From an uncultured Gammaproteobacteria bacterium (GTDB lineage Bacteria > Patescibacteriota > Patescibacteriia > UBA9934 > GWF2-40-263): a stretch of DNA of 64,000 nucleotides. This document shows positions 18,080 to 28,025 of the stretch, piece after piece. The first letter of the stretch is position 1, and every line of letters begins with the position of its first letter. Made by a program: the position numbers and the translations under genes. The notes beneath the pieces are model-generated. The model made no database searches. It was given only the letters and a program-made list of their open reading frames with translations, and was not told the origin of the DNA. The stretch covers positions 41,566 through 105,565 of the forward strand of contig CAZIDX010000002.1 of the NCBI GenBank assembly GCA_964538435.1, written 5' to 3'.

Positions 18080-20707
18080 TTATTTATGTTTTCGTAAAAT
18101 CAACAACTCTTTACCAAATTCAATAATCACAACCTTGATTAACCCCATAATAAGCAAGAGGCCCCACATATGCAAACCAAGCGGCACAATCTCGAACACT
18201 CTCTGCAACAGCGGAACAGTTGTTGCTGCAATCATCATTACAAACCCAATCGACACACCACCAATGAGCCAAAGGTTCGAAAATGGGTTAACTCTAAAAA
18301 TGCTTTTTCTAAATGTTCTTGTGGAGAACACATAGAAAAGCGTATCAATCCCCACAGCAACAAACATAATTGATCGAACGGCCTCTTCTGAGCGTTCTGT
18401 TGAGAGAAGCCAGAAAAAGAGCCCCAACAAAAACACATTCGCCACCACCGCAATCAACCCAATCATTTTAATCATGTCACGATTAAGCACACGCTCCTCT
18501 CGCTTACGAGGCTTGAGCCCCATAACATCCTGCTCTTTCTTTTCAAGCGCAAGTCCAATATGCGGAAAACTGTCAGCAAAGAAATTGATCCAAAGAATCT
18601 GAACAGGTAAAAGCGGTGCAGGAAGACCGGCCAGCATGGCAAATCCAATCAGGAACACTTCCGTAAAACTCCCAGCAATCAAATACACAGCCACCTTACG
18701 AATATTGTCAAAAATCACACGCCCCTCCTCAATCGCTGCGGAAATCGTTCCCAGATCATTATTCAGAATCACCACATCAGACGCTTGCTTTGCCACATCT
18801 GTTCCTGACCCAACCGCAATACCAATATCCGATGCTTTCAAAGCTGGTGCATCATTCACCCCATCACCTGTCATGGCCACAACCTCACCTCGTGCCTGCC
18901 ACGCTTTCACAATTCGAATCTTATGCCGAGGTTCCACGCGCGCATAAATCGATATCTTTGCCACCTGCTTCTTAAGATCTTCATCAGACCATGAATCAAG
19001 ATCTGTCCCCACTACCACACTTTCTTTGTCTGCATGAAGGCCTGCCTCAGCACCAATGGCACGTGCCGTTTCAGGATGATCACCTGTGATGATCACTGTG
19101 CGCACACCCGCCCGCTTTGCTGCCTTGATCTGCTGCTTTGCCTCTGCACGGAGCGGATCCCGAAGCCCAACAAATCCAAGAAAGGTGAAACCTCTTAGCT
19201 TATCCTTGTGAATAACATCTCCTTTTTCAACATCCTCTAAAACGGCAAGCGCAATAATCCGAAGCCCTTTTTGCGTTGCCTTAAGCACGCGCTTCTCCCA
19301 CTCTGCCTTTTTCTTTGCATCAAGCTTTACTGTTTTCTCTCCTCTTTGCACAAACGAACACATCTCAAACACCTTTCCAGGTGCCCCTTTCACAAACAAC
19401 GCCTGCGCATTCCCCCACTCATGCTTTGTCACCATGTACTTCCACGCAGAATCAAACGGAATCTCAGCAACACGCTTATGCGCCTTCTGCAGCGCATCAA
19501 GATCCATGTGCGTATCAAGCACACTGTGCATAAGCGCAGCCTCAGTTGGGCTCCCCTTCACCTCAACCTCTTCACCCTCAACAACGATTGCGTCATTACA
19601 AAGCCCGCTTATCTCAAACATCTTCCAAACAACACCATCCTCAGATCGATAAGCCTCTTCAATCGTAAATGTCTCATTAGCTGTCTCAACATCAGTAACC
19701 CGCATCTCCCCCTCAGTAATCGTCCCTGTTTTGTCTGAACAAAGAACAGACACGCTTCCAAGCGTCTCAGCTCCAACCAAACGTCGCACAAGCGACCGAC
19801 GCTTGAGAATCCTTTGCATTCCAATTGCCAAAATGATCGTCACAGACACGAGAAGTCCTTCTGGGATCGCTGCAACCGCAAGTGCAACACTCATTTCAAA
19901 CATGTGCACAAATGACTCTCCTCGAAACAAACCAAACGCAAACAAAACAAAGATGATCCCAGCAACTACGCCAGAAATCCACTTTGCAAGCACAGCAAGC
20001 TGCTCCTGAAGCGGCGTCTGTGTCTCATCGGTTTCCTGCACCATGCTAGAAATCTTCCCAAGTTCCGTCTTGAGCCCTGTCTCCACCACAACCGCTAAAC
20101 CACGACCACCTGTCACAACCGTCCCGGCATAAACCATGTTCTTGCGCTCGGCAAGCAAGGCACCCTCATTCAATTCTTCTGTGATCTTCTTGATCGGCAT
20201 GGACTCACCCGTAAGCGCAGCCTCATTCATGACAAGATCATGCGTTTCAAGCATGCGCGCATCAGCTGAAATTCTATTCCCTGTTCGAAGCACAAGAACA
20301 TCTCCAGGAACCAATTCCTTTGCACTCACCACAGTCTCTCGACCCTCTCGAACAACCGTTGCCTCAGGCTGCACAAGCGATCGTAAATGCTCAAGCGCCT
20401 GATTGGCTTTAAATTCCTGAATGAATCCAATAGCTGTGTTTACCACAACAGCTGCCCCAATCACCCAAGCATCCACCCACTCACCAAGCAAAGCACTGAT
20501 CACAGCCGCAGCAACAAGCACGTAGATAAGCGGAGAGGTAAACTGGTGAAGCAAAACAAGCCACCAAGGATCACTCTTTTTATGCGGAAGCTCATTCCTC
20601 CCATGTATCCCAATCCTTCTTTCCACAGTCGAGCCAGAAAGGCCCTCCATATCAACAGAGAGCGTCTTTAAAGCGTCTTCAGTTGTCTTTGCATGCCAAG
20701 TAGCCAT
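18080..20707 (-). CDS. Cation-transporting P-type ATPase (Ca2+-type, P2A-like)
   Basis: TGES, IPEGL, DKTGTIT, KGAP, TGDH, MTGDGVNDAPALK. Confidence 0.95.
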   Translation of the reverse strand: MATWHAKTTEDALKTLSVDMEGLSGSTVERRIGIHGRNELPHKKSDPWWLVLLHQFTSPLIYVLVAAAVISALLGEWVDAWVIGAAVVVNTAIGFIQEFKANQALEHLRSLVQPEATVVREGRETVVSAKELVPGDVLVLRTGNRISADARMLETHDLVMNEAALTGESMPIKKITEELNEGALLAERKNMVYAGTVVTGGRGLAVVVETGLKTELGKISSMVQETDETQTPLQEQLAVLAKWISGVVAGIIFVLFAFGLFRGESFVHMFEMSVALAVAAIPEGLLVSVTIILAIGMQRILKRRSLVRRLVGAETLGSVSVLCSDKTGTITEGEMRVTDVETANETFTIEEAYRSEDGVVWKMFEISGLCNDAIVVEGEEVEVKGSPTEAALMHSVLDTHMDLDALQKAHKRVAEIPFDSAWKYMVTKHEWGNAQALFVKGAPGKVFEMCSFVQRGEKTVKLDAKKKAEWEKRVLKATQKGLRIIALAVLEDVEKGDVIHKDKLRGFTFLGFVGLRDPLRAEAKQQIKAAKRAGVRTVIITGDHPETARAIGAEAGLHADKESVVVGTDLDSWSDEDLKKQVAKISIYARVEPRHKIRIVKAWQARGEVVAMTGDGVNDAPALKASDIGIAVGSGTDVAKQASDVVILNNDLGTISAAIEEGRVIFDNIRKVAVYLIAGSFTEVFLIGFAMLAGLPAPLLPVQILWINFFADSFPHIGLALEKKEQDVMGLKPRKREERVLNRDMIKMIGLIAVVANVFLLGLFFWLLSTERSEEAVRSIMFVAVGIDTLFYVFSTRTFRKSIFRVNPFSNLWLIGGVSIGFVMMIAATTVPLLQRVFEIVPLGLHMWGLLLIMGLIKVVIIEFGKELLILRKHK

Positions 20708-20805
20708 GTAAAATCTCATTTAGGATGATTCTTGAGTGCTTGCTCTCTCAAAACCATCCGGTTGGTTTTGAAGAGCAAGTGCTCGAATCATCCGTTAAAT
20801 ACGTA

Positions 20806-21930
20806 TTAGTGACGAAGAGATCGGTAAACTTCTTCAGTTTTCGACACAACACTATCCCACGAAAACAGCGTCTGAATAATGTCTTGTCCCTGGCGACCAA
20901 CACTCCACAGCACCTCCTCATCAACCAAAAGCTCTTCAAGCTGCATCATAAGGTCTGCTGCATCTTTATTTCGAAAAGTAAATCCCGCCTTGTGGATAGC
21001 TTCAACATTTTCTGGAATATCAGACACAAGCACAGGCGTTCCCGCCCCCATTGCCTCCAAAACCACCACAGGAAGCCCCTCAGCCTCGGATGCATGCACA
21101 AATACTTTGGCATGCGCAAAGAGTTGCTTGAGCGCGTCTCCTGTCTGAAACCCAAGAAAAAGAATGTTATCGCTCCCGCGCGCCACTCGTCTGAGCTCTT
21201 GTTCATAGGAATCTCCATACGTCGATGCTCCAACAATAGCCACTTTCAAATCTTTCACCAAATCGGGCTTTGACTGCTCAAGCCGTCTATACGCCTCAAT
21301 GATGTACCACTGCCCCTTATGTGGCTCAAGCCGACTCACACTAAGGAGAAACTTCCCAGGCTCAAGACCAAGCACTTCAAGCTCGCCTGTTTCTTTCACA
21401 AGCTCTGGATTGGCACCGTTTGGAATATACATGACCTGCCGCTTGATCTTTTTACGCGCAAACACCTGAATCGAATGACTCACTGCAATCGTTGCATGCG
21501 GAAACCAACACGACGCCCACTCTCCAAAAAGCAGATAAGCTTTTGCAAACCTTCCCCACTTCCCATGAAATCGATCCTGTGAATGAAACGTAACAACAGT
21601 CCTAGTCTTCCTTTTAAGTAGACGCGGAATCCAAGCAAGCGTGGCTGGACCCACACCATGATAATGAATAATGTCGTAAGGATGAATGAGCGCGTCGATC
21701 GTAGCCAAAGTTGTGTGAACAATTGCCTCAAGATTCTTTCGATAAATCGTTGGCAGATACTTCACAAACACATCCCCATCCTCAACACGGCCATAGCGTG
21801 AACGCGCATAGACCGTAACAGCATGACCATTTTTTGAAAGGCGCCGGGCAAGCTGCGTAACATGTTGTTCAATCCCTCCTCCTCGCTCTCCAACATCAAA
21901 ACCCTTCTGCCCGATCATTGCGATACGCAT
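20806..21930 (-). CDS. Glycosyltransferase family 4
   Basis: GGIEQHV, EGLPVVVLEAMGAG, SDIPEN. Confidence 0.92.
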   Translation of the reverse strand: MRIAMIGQKGFDVGERGGGIEQHVTQLARRLSKNGHAVTVYARSRYGRVEDGDVFVKYLPTIYRKNLEAIVHTTLATIDALIHPYDIIHYHGVGPATLAWIPRLLKRKTRTVVTFHSQDRFHGKWGRFAKAYLLFGEWASCWFPHATIAVSHSIQVFARKKIKRQVMYIPNGANPELVKETGELEVLGLEPGKFLLSVSRLEPHKGQWYIIEAYRRLEQSKPDLVKDLKVAIVGASTYGDSYEQELRRVARGSDNILFLGFQTGDALKQLFAHAKVFVHASEAEGLPVVVLEAMGAGTPVLVSDIPENVEAIHKAGFTFRNKDAADLMMQLEELLVDEEVLWSVGRQGQDIIQTLFSWDSVVSKTEEVYRSLRH

Positions 21931-22037
21931 ATGCTTTATTTTACTTTGTTTCGAAAAAACGGTCTATTTAGCACAAAGATAAACGCACCAGGCTTGCCAA
22001 ACCCCAAAATACCTGTTATATTCTTGGCGCTGAGCAT

Positions 22038-22114
22038 GCGCCGGTAGCTCAGTCAGGTAGAGCAAGGGCCTTTTAAGCCCGGGGTCGTGGGTTCGAATCC
22101 CACTCGGCGTACCA
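22038..22114 (+). tRNA. tRNA-Lys (TTT)
   Basis: TAGCTCAGTCAGGTAGAGC D-arm, GGGC-CTTTTAA-GCCC anticodon arm, GGTTCGAATCC, CCA end; terminator follows. Confidence 0.95.
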
Positions 22115-22247
22115 TAAAACAACCAGCTTTTGTTGGTTGTTTTTTGTTTGCCGAGTAGCAATAACTTGACGACGGGTCAAAGTTCAACTTCCGATGTTTA
22201 ACTTCCGATGTTTAACTTTGCTAACTGATGAGATACCATAAAAACAT

Positions 22248-22469
22248 ATGAACACAACATCGATTACTCTCACAAAAAATGAAGCGCTTGTGCTCTTTGA
22301 ATTTTTAACAAGATTTTCAGAAACAGAAAGGTTAGAAATTAATAACCAGGCTGAAGAAAGAGTTCTCTGGGACCTGCAATGCACCCTTGAAAAAGAACTT
22401 CAAAATGAAACTGGATACGGATATGAAAAACACCTCGAGCAAGCAAGAAACCAAATCCGTGACAAGTAA
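22248..22469 (+). CDS. Small hypothetical protein
   Basis: LTKNEALVLFEFLTRF...QAEERVLWDLQCTLEKEL; AT-rich ORF after tRNA. Confidence 0.75.
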   Translation: MNTTSITLTKNEALVLFEFLTRFSETERLEINNQAEERVLWDLQCTLEKELQNETGYGYEKHLEQARNQIRDK

Positions 22470-22545
22470 AAATGATTTGCAAAATTGACAATTTCCCTAA
22501 AATCTGCTATACTTGTGCGCGTAATTCATAACTCCCAATACCACT

Positions 22546-22827
22546 ATGGAAGGAGTATGTGTTGCCTGCGGCGCAGGTGAAGTCGAACTAAACGACGAGA
22601 CCAAGTGCCCAGGATGTGTAGCACCTGCTGCACCAACTGAAGCCCCAGTTGAGGCTCCAGTCGAGGAAGCTCCAGCAGCCCCAGAGGTTGTTGAAGCTCC
22701 AGTTGAAGCTACTGAGGCTCCTGCAGAGGAACCTGTAGTTGAGGAAGCTCCTGTAGAAGCTCCAGCAGAGCCAGTTGAGGCTCCAGCCGAAGCACCTGCA
22801 GAAGAAGAGGTTCCACCTGCTGTTTAA
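22546..22827 (+). CDS. Zinc-ribbon protein with Pro/Ala/Glu-rich low-complexity tail
   Basis: CVAC...CPGC then EAPVE repeats; promoter TTGACA-17-TATACT upstream; terminator downstream. Confidence 0.75.
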   Translation: MEGVCVACGAGEVELNDETKCPGCVAPAAPTEAPVEAPVEEAPAAPEVVEAPVEATEAPAEEPVVEEAPVEAPAEPVEAPAEAPAEEEVPPAV

Positions 22828-22873
22828 TTACAGAAAGCAAAACACCCAGCGCAAGCTAGGTGTTTTTCTTTTT

Positions 22874-23917
22874 CTAAAGTTGTTTAAGATCTTTGATGAG
22901 CTCATCTGTTGCCTCAGTATCAAGCAGCTTCCCAATCGCCTCTGACATCCGCCGGCGTTCCACCTCATCTTCAAGCGTGAGCCTGATCGTTTCCATAAGC
23001 GCCCACGGCGTCATGTCCTGCCCCACAACAATCGCCCCTTCTTTGATCGCACATGCATTCTTTTCTTGTGGTGAATCAGGAAGTGGAATCACAATCGATG
23101 GCATCCCAAGCGCGGCAAGCTCGGTGATTGTTGCAAGACCAGCCCTACAAACCACAAGATCCGCAACCGCATACGCATCCGCCATCTCATCAGAAAGCAA
23201 CTCAACTGCATTATAATTCCCGCCAATCTCCTCAAGCTCACCAAGCATCTTCCCCTTCCCTGTCACATGAATAACATTTGCGAACCGCTCAATCTCTTTC
23301 CCCATCTGGGCCATCGTCTTATTCATCCATATTGCCCCTGAACCACCCCCAAACACAAACACGGTCATCTTGCGCTCATCCAGCTTAAAAAACTCTTCAG
23401 CGCGCTCCCTGGACCCCTCAAGCACATGCGCACGCACAGGGTTCCCAACAAGCCTCGCCTTTTTCAATGCTTTAAGATTTTCCTTCCACGCAACGGTTAC
23501 AAGATTTGCAAATGGCGCAGTGAGTTTATTTGTCAAAATAATTTCCACATCTTGCTGATGCACCCAAACAGGAATCCTCAGAAGCTTTGCAGCAAAAATC
23601 ACAGGCACAGCCGTATACCCACCAGCCGATCCAACCAAGGCTGGCTTTTCTTTCATAAGCACCCTAAGAGCCTTGGCAAACGCCCACAAAATCTTAACTG
23701 GAAGCGTCACCCACTCAAGACTGACATACCGAGGAAGCTTGGCCACTGGCAACACATAAAACCGCGCACCAATCTGTTCCACCAACTCCCGCTCAGGCCC
23801 ATGAGGTGTTCCAACCCAAACAACATCAAGTTCTTCTCGTTTCTTCCAAGCGTCTATAACTGCCAAGAGTGGTGTAACAGGACCAAGCGTCCCCCCACCT
23901 GCAAATAAAACTTTCAT
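22874..23917 (-). CDS. murG: MurG GlcNAc transferase
   Basis: AGGGTLGPV, GGY, GNPVR, FGGGSGA, CRAG..TITE, Q..NA. Confidence 0.93.
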   Translation of the reverse strand: MKVLFAGGGTLGPVTPLLAVIDAWKKREELDVVWVGTPHGPERELVEQIGARFYVLPVAKLPRYVSLEWVTLPVKILWAFAKALRVLMKEKPALVGSAGGYTAVPVIFAAKLLRIPVWVHQQDVEIILTNKLTAPFANLVTVAWKENLKALKKARLVGNPVRAHVLEGSRERAEEFFKLDERKMTVFVFGGGSGAIWMNKTMAQMGKEIERFANVIHVTGKGKMLGELEEIGGNYNAVELLSDEMADAYAVADLVVCRAGLATITELAALGMPSIVIPLPDSPQEKNACAIKEGAIVVGQDMTPWALMETIRLTLEDEVERRRMSEAIGKLLDTEATDELIKDLKQL

Positions 23918-23918
23918 A

Positions 23919-25025
23919 TTATTTTGTATGCTTCGATATATTAAGCATCACCCCTATCGCTCCCATGGTAATCGCAAGCGATGTTCCTCCATAACTAATG
24001 AATGGAAGCGGCACACCAGTAATCGGCATAAGCGCCACCATTGAGCCAATGTTTACAAACGCTTGCACTGCAATCCAAGCTCCAATTCCCACAACAACAT
24101 ATTTTGCAAAATTATCCGGTGCACGCTTTGCAATCTCAATCGCGCGCCACACAAACAAGAGAAAGAGAACAAGCACAAGCACCCCAACAACAAATCCCAT
24201 CTCCTCAGCGATAATCGCATATACACTATCACCCGCCACCTCAGGAAGATATTGAAACTTCTGCCTTGAGTGACCATACCCAAGACCGAAAAAACCACCA
24301 GAACCAATTGCAAGAAGCGCCTGGTTAATATGATATCCAATCCCAAGAGGATCAAGCTCAGGATGAAGGAATGTTGTAAAACGAGCGGCTCGATAAGGCT
24401 CAAGTGCAATCAAAAGCGCGAGTCCAGAAAACCCAGCGCTCACAAGACCAATGATATAGGAAACTGGAGCGCCCGCAGCAAAATACACAATGAGTGACAT
24501 GGCCGCAATAATACTCATGGTTCCAATATCCGGCTGCAAAATCATCAAAAACATGATCGTGCCAAGCACAAGAACAAACGGCAAAAATCCTTCTCCCACA
24601 TTCTTCACACTGTGACGATCACGCTGAGCAAGCCAGGCAGCCAAGTAAAACAAAAAAGTCAGCTTCACAATCTCAGATGGCTGAAGTGAAAACACACCAC
24701 CAATATTGATCCATGAATGCGCTGTTCCAATACCCGCAGAAAGACCTGGAATAAAAACAAGCACGAGCAGCACCCCTGAAAGAATAAGAAGATGCCATGC
24801 ATGCTTTTGCCAAAACGTATACGGAATTCGAGAAAATGCTATGAGCGCACCAAGACCAGGAATCAAGCCGAAAATGAGTTGGTGCTTTACAAAGTAGTAG
24901 CTGTCAGAGAAGTTCGCGTATCCACTCGGAGCTGACGCACTTAGCAGCATGATCAAGCCAAAAACAATGATCGTACCTATAATGATCATCAGCCAGATAT
25001 CCATTGATCCTGATGTACGTCGCAT
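23919..25025 (-). CDS. ftsW: FtsW (SEDS family)
   Basis: QPSEIVK, QPDIGT, AIGSGG, EEMG, PITGVPLPFISYGGTS; between mraY and murG. Confidence 0.93.
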   Translation of the reverse strand: MRRTSGSMDIWLMIIIGTIIVFGLIMLLSASAPSGYANFSDSYYFVKHQLIFGLIPGLGALIAFSRIPYTFWQKHAWHLLILSGVLLVLVFIPGLSAGIGTAHSWINIGGVFSLQPSEIVKLTFLFYLAAWLAQRDRHSVKNVGEGFLPFVLVLGTIMFLMILQPDIGTMSIIAAMSLIVYFAAGAPVSYIIGLVSAGFSGLALLIALEPYRAARFTTFLHPELDPLGIGYHINQALLAIGSGGFFGLGYGHSRQKFQYLPEVAGDSVYAIIAEEMGFVVGVLVLVLFLLFVWRAIEIAKRAPDNFAKYVVVGIGAWIAVQAFVNIGSMVALMPITGVPLPFISYGGTSLAITMGAIGVMLNISKHTK

Positions 25026-25036
25026 GAATGAAAAAA

Positions 25037-26095
25037 TTACACGACCAACGCATCAAGAAGCGCGACCGCAACCCCAACAGACGCCGCAACCGTAGACACT
25101 ACCCAAAGCCGCATCACAATCGTGCACTCAGGCCAGCCAATGGCTTCAAGGTGATGATGAAACGGTGCTGAGCGCAAGAATTTTCGTTTAAACACTTTTC
25201 TCCAACCAACTTGGACAATCACAGAAAGAGATTCTAGAACAAAGATAAGTCCAATGATCGGAAGCAAAAGCGCTGAGTTTGTGAGCATGGCTACAATCCC
25301 GAGCGTGACCCCCAATGACATCGCCCCTGTATCACCCATAAACACCTGTGCTGGATGAATATTGAACCACTGGAACGCAAGAAGGGCTCCAAGAATCACT
25401 CCACAAAACACAGCAAGGTCAAACCTTCCCTGTGCAAACGCAATAATTGAAAACGCCCCAAACGCTGCTAACAAAGGCCCACCTGCCAATCCATCCAAAC
25501 CATCCGCTTCATTAACAGAAAACGCTGTTGAGACAATCACAAGAATAAAGAATGGAACATACCAGAATCCAATATTGAAATCTCCAATAAAAGGAACATG
25601 CAGCAGATCCCAATCAAGCTTCACGCGGAACCACCATGCGCCAATCACAGCAATGGCCGTATAAATCATGAGCCTATGCCGCATCCGAAGCCCACCTCCC
25701 TTTGGACCAATACCCTTTGCATTGTAGTAATCATCAACAAGCCCCACGAGTGCTGAAGCAACAAGAGCTCCAAGCGGAAGCAGAGTTTCCCCTCGAGACA
25801 AAAAGTTGAGACGCGCCAAGAGCGACCCTTCTGGAAACAACGGCGCAAGGTAATAAAACAAAATCGCAAGCGCAAACACTGTCACCCACACCAAGATACC
25901 TCCCATGGTAGGCGTCCCTTTCTTCTTTGAATGAAGCTTTGCAAAGATCGGCGCAGAAGACTCAGGACGAATCGACTTGCCCATCCCCCACCTCTTAAGC
26001 CCACGAATAAGACCAGGAGCCCAAACAAACGCAACAACAAACGCAAACGCAGACAGTAAAAGTACGCGAACGATTTCAAATGATTCAAGGGTCAT
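25037..26095 (-). CDS. mraY: Phospho-MurNAc-pentapeptide transferase MraY
   Basis: KKGTPTMGG, DGLDGL, FMGDTG, APFHHH. Confidence 0.96.
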   Translation of the reverse strand: MTLESFEIVRVLLLSAFAFVVAFVWAPGLIRGLKRWGMGKSIRPESSAPIFAKLHSKKKGTPTMGGILVWVTVFALAILFYYLAPLFPEGSLLARLNFLSRGETLLPLGALVASALVGLVDDYYNAKGIGPKGGGLRMRHRLMIYTAIAVIGAWWFRVKLDWDLLHVPFIGDFNIGFWYVPFFILVIVSTAFSVNEADGLDGLAGGPLLAAFGAFSIIAFAQGRFDLAVFCGVILGALLAFQWFNIHPAQVFMGDTGAMSLGVTLGIVAMLTNSALLLPIIGLIFVLESLSVIVQVGWRKVFKRKFLRSAPFHHHLEAIGWPECTIVMRLWVVSTVAASVGVAVALLDALVV

Positions 26096-26487
26096 AGAAT
26101 AATCAAAATGATAAGTGCCATGGCAAGAAGAAAGATAAGCTGAATCACCGGAGTCACAATGGCAAAGAACCGTGTGAGAAGTTTCTCACGTTTATAAAAG
26201 TACGTTTGCATTCCAAGATTGACGAGAAGGAATACAAACCCAAGGATCGGTAAAAAGAAAAGGTCTCGCATTGGACCAAACCGATCAACACCAAGATAGA
26301 TATTGTAATGGAGAGGAATAAACGGTTGATCAGCCGCAAGTGGCACTACACGCCAGATTGGCAGCGTAATCGTCAGTGCAAGAAGAACAATCGAGAGAAT
26401 CATCATCCACAAATACAAACGGCTTGATTTCATCATCTCAAGAAACCGTTTTAAAAAATCTTTTATGTTTCGCTTATGTCTCCCCAT
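26092..26487 (-). CDS. Membrane protein
   Basis: Three TMs with IPLHYNIYLGVD motif. Confidence 0.7.
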   Translation of the reverse strand: MGRHKRNIKDFLKRFLEMMKSSRLYLWMMILSIVLLALTITLPIWRVVPLAADQPFIPLHYNIYLGVDRFGPMRDLFFLPILGFVFLLVNLGMQTYFYKREKLLTRFFAIVTPVIQLIFLLAMALIILIIL

Positions 26488-26488
26488 A

Positions 26489-26728
26489 CTACTCAACAGC
26501 AATCACTTCTTTAATTTCCGAAATAGATTCACAAAGCGCAGACTCAACCCCCATCTTAAGCGTGATCTCAGACATGGGACACCCAACACAAGCACCTTGA
26601 AACCTCACATGCACCCGCCCTGCATCTGCCTCGTACTTCACAAACTCAATACCACCACCGTCCATATGAAGCGCTGGTCGAACCTGATCGAGCACCTCCT
26701 CAATCTGCTCTTCAATCGTTTTATCCAT
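26489..26728 (-). CDS. NifU/NfuA-family Fe-S scaffold domain protein
   Basis: VRPALHMDGGGIE...GACVGCPMSEITLKMGVE. Confidence 0.9.
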   Translation of the reverse strand: MDKTIEEQIEEVLDQVRPALHMDGGGIEFVKYEADAGRVHVRFQGACVGCPMSEITLKMGVESALCESISEIKEVIAVE

Positions 26729-26797
26729 ACTGCTATTCATTTTATCACTTATCGTGTTAAACAAACAAAAATCACCGCCTCCGCGATGATTCTTTGT

Positions 26798-27079
26798 TTA
26801 CTGTTTTGGTTCAATGTTCGCGTACTTCCGATTTTTCAGAGCGCCATGAAAGTTCTTTGCCTTTTTCTGAGTAAACTTCACAATACCGCTCACAACCGCA
26901 TAAAGCGTATCATCAGCACCACGTCGGACATTTTTTCCAGGATGGATCTTTGTACCACGCTGCCGAACAAGAATCTGTCCAGCATTGATTGTCTGGCCAT
27001 CACCCACTTTAGCGCCAAGACGCTTACTTTGTGAATCACGACCCAAACTAGTACTTCCACCAGCTTTTTTATGTGCCAT
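26798..27079 (-). CDS. rpmA: 50S ribosomal protein L27
   Basis: [24 protein letters not shown]...[13 protein letters not shown]. Confidence 0.98.
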   Translation of the reverse strand: MAHKKAGGSTSLGRDSQSKRLGAKVGDGQTINAGQILVRQRGTKIHPGKNVRRGADDTLYAVVSGIVKFTQKKAKNFHGALKNRKYANIEPKQ

Positions 27080-27092
27080 ATTATAATCTTCA

Positions 27093-27153
27093 AGCGAATA
27101 GCGGTTAGCGGTTAGCGAATAATCTACTCGCTCATCACTCTTCGCTCATCGCT
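27093..27153. repeat. 61-bp heptamer-repeat hairpin (copy 2)
   Basis: agcgaat agcggtt agcggtt agcgaat, loop, CGCT heptamers upstream of rpmA. Confidence 0.85.
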
Positions 27154-27285
27154 GCAATAATCAATTAACGCCAGGAGTTTAGCTAAATCCCTGTTTTTTG
27201 TCAATACTTCACTCCACAATAGCAAGACCCCGTCCGAAGACGGGGTCCGTACGTACCCGGAAAACCCCGGATACAGGCTGCTTGT

Positions 27286-27933
27286 CTAGTAGGCGTCGTG
27301 CTTGTAGACCATGGCCCGACGATGGGCACTGCGGCTGGACGTGAAGATGAAGTACGTCATCAGGATGCCACCGATCACCGCGAGCAGCAGCATGAAGAGC
27401 ACTAGGAGCTTGCCCTTGCCATCACTGTCATCTCCAAGAAAGAAATCTGCCACTTCCTCGAACGCACCCGGAATGTGGCGGATGCCACTGGAGATGTTGT
27501 ACACCATGGAAAAGGTGTCATAGCTCGCAACCGCTCCGCTCCCGAACGTACGACGTCGGTAGAAGTGTCCCCACGCATCGACCGTGATCACCAGACCAGA
27601 ACCCACGATCGGGAACCAGACCAGGATGTAGCCAGCGTTGAGGAACGCCTCGACCATATACTGATCCACCAGAGGACCCACCTCGGCTCCGGAAGCCAGG
27701 AGCGCATCCTTGGCCTCCTCGGACATCACGAGGGTCTCGGGCAGTGCCATGCCCACGAACGCGAGCACGATCAGCAAACACCAGGTAAACCCAGACGCGG
27801 ACATGATGAGCCCGCACCAGTTCACCAGGTGACCCATGGGGTTGGCATGCTTGGTCTCGTCGAAACTCTTCCCGACCGCCCAGGCATTGAACCAGGAGAT
27901 CGCGAAGTTCAGAATCCAGATGAAGAAGAGCAT
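27286..27933 (-). CDS. Multi-TM hypothetical protein (GC-rich unit)
   Basis: 215 aa, several TMs; TTGACA-17-TAACTT promoter, GGAGG RBS, terminator GACCCCGTC-TTCG-GACGGGGTC at about 27226-27247. Confidence 0.85.
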   Translation of the reverse strand: MLFFIWILNFAISWFNAWAVGKSFDETKHANPMGHLVNWCGLIMSASGFTWCLLIVLAFVGMALPETLVMSEEAKDALLASGAEVGPLVDQYMVEAFLNAGYILVWFPIVGSGLVITVDAWGHFYRRRTFGSGAVASYDTFSMVYNISSGIRHIPGAFEEVADFFLGDDSDGKGKLLVLFMLLLAVIGGILMTYFIFTSSRSAHRRAMVYKHDAY

Positions 27934-28025
27934 GTACTTTCCTCCGGCTCGAATCTATTCCGAGCAACAAGACAAGTTATACTATTTTTCCCATTTTGTC
28001 AACCAATACGCTATAATCAAGCCGT

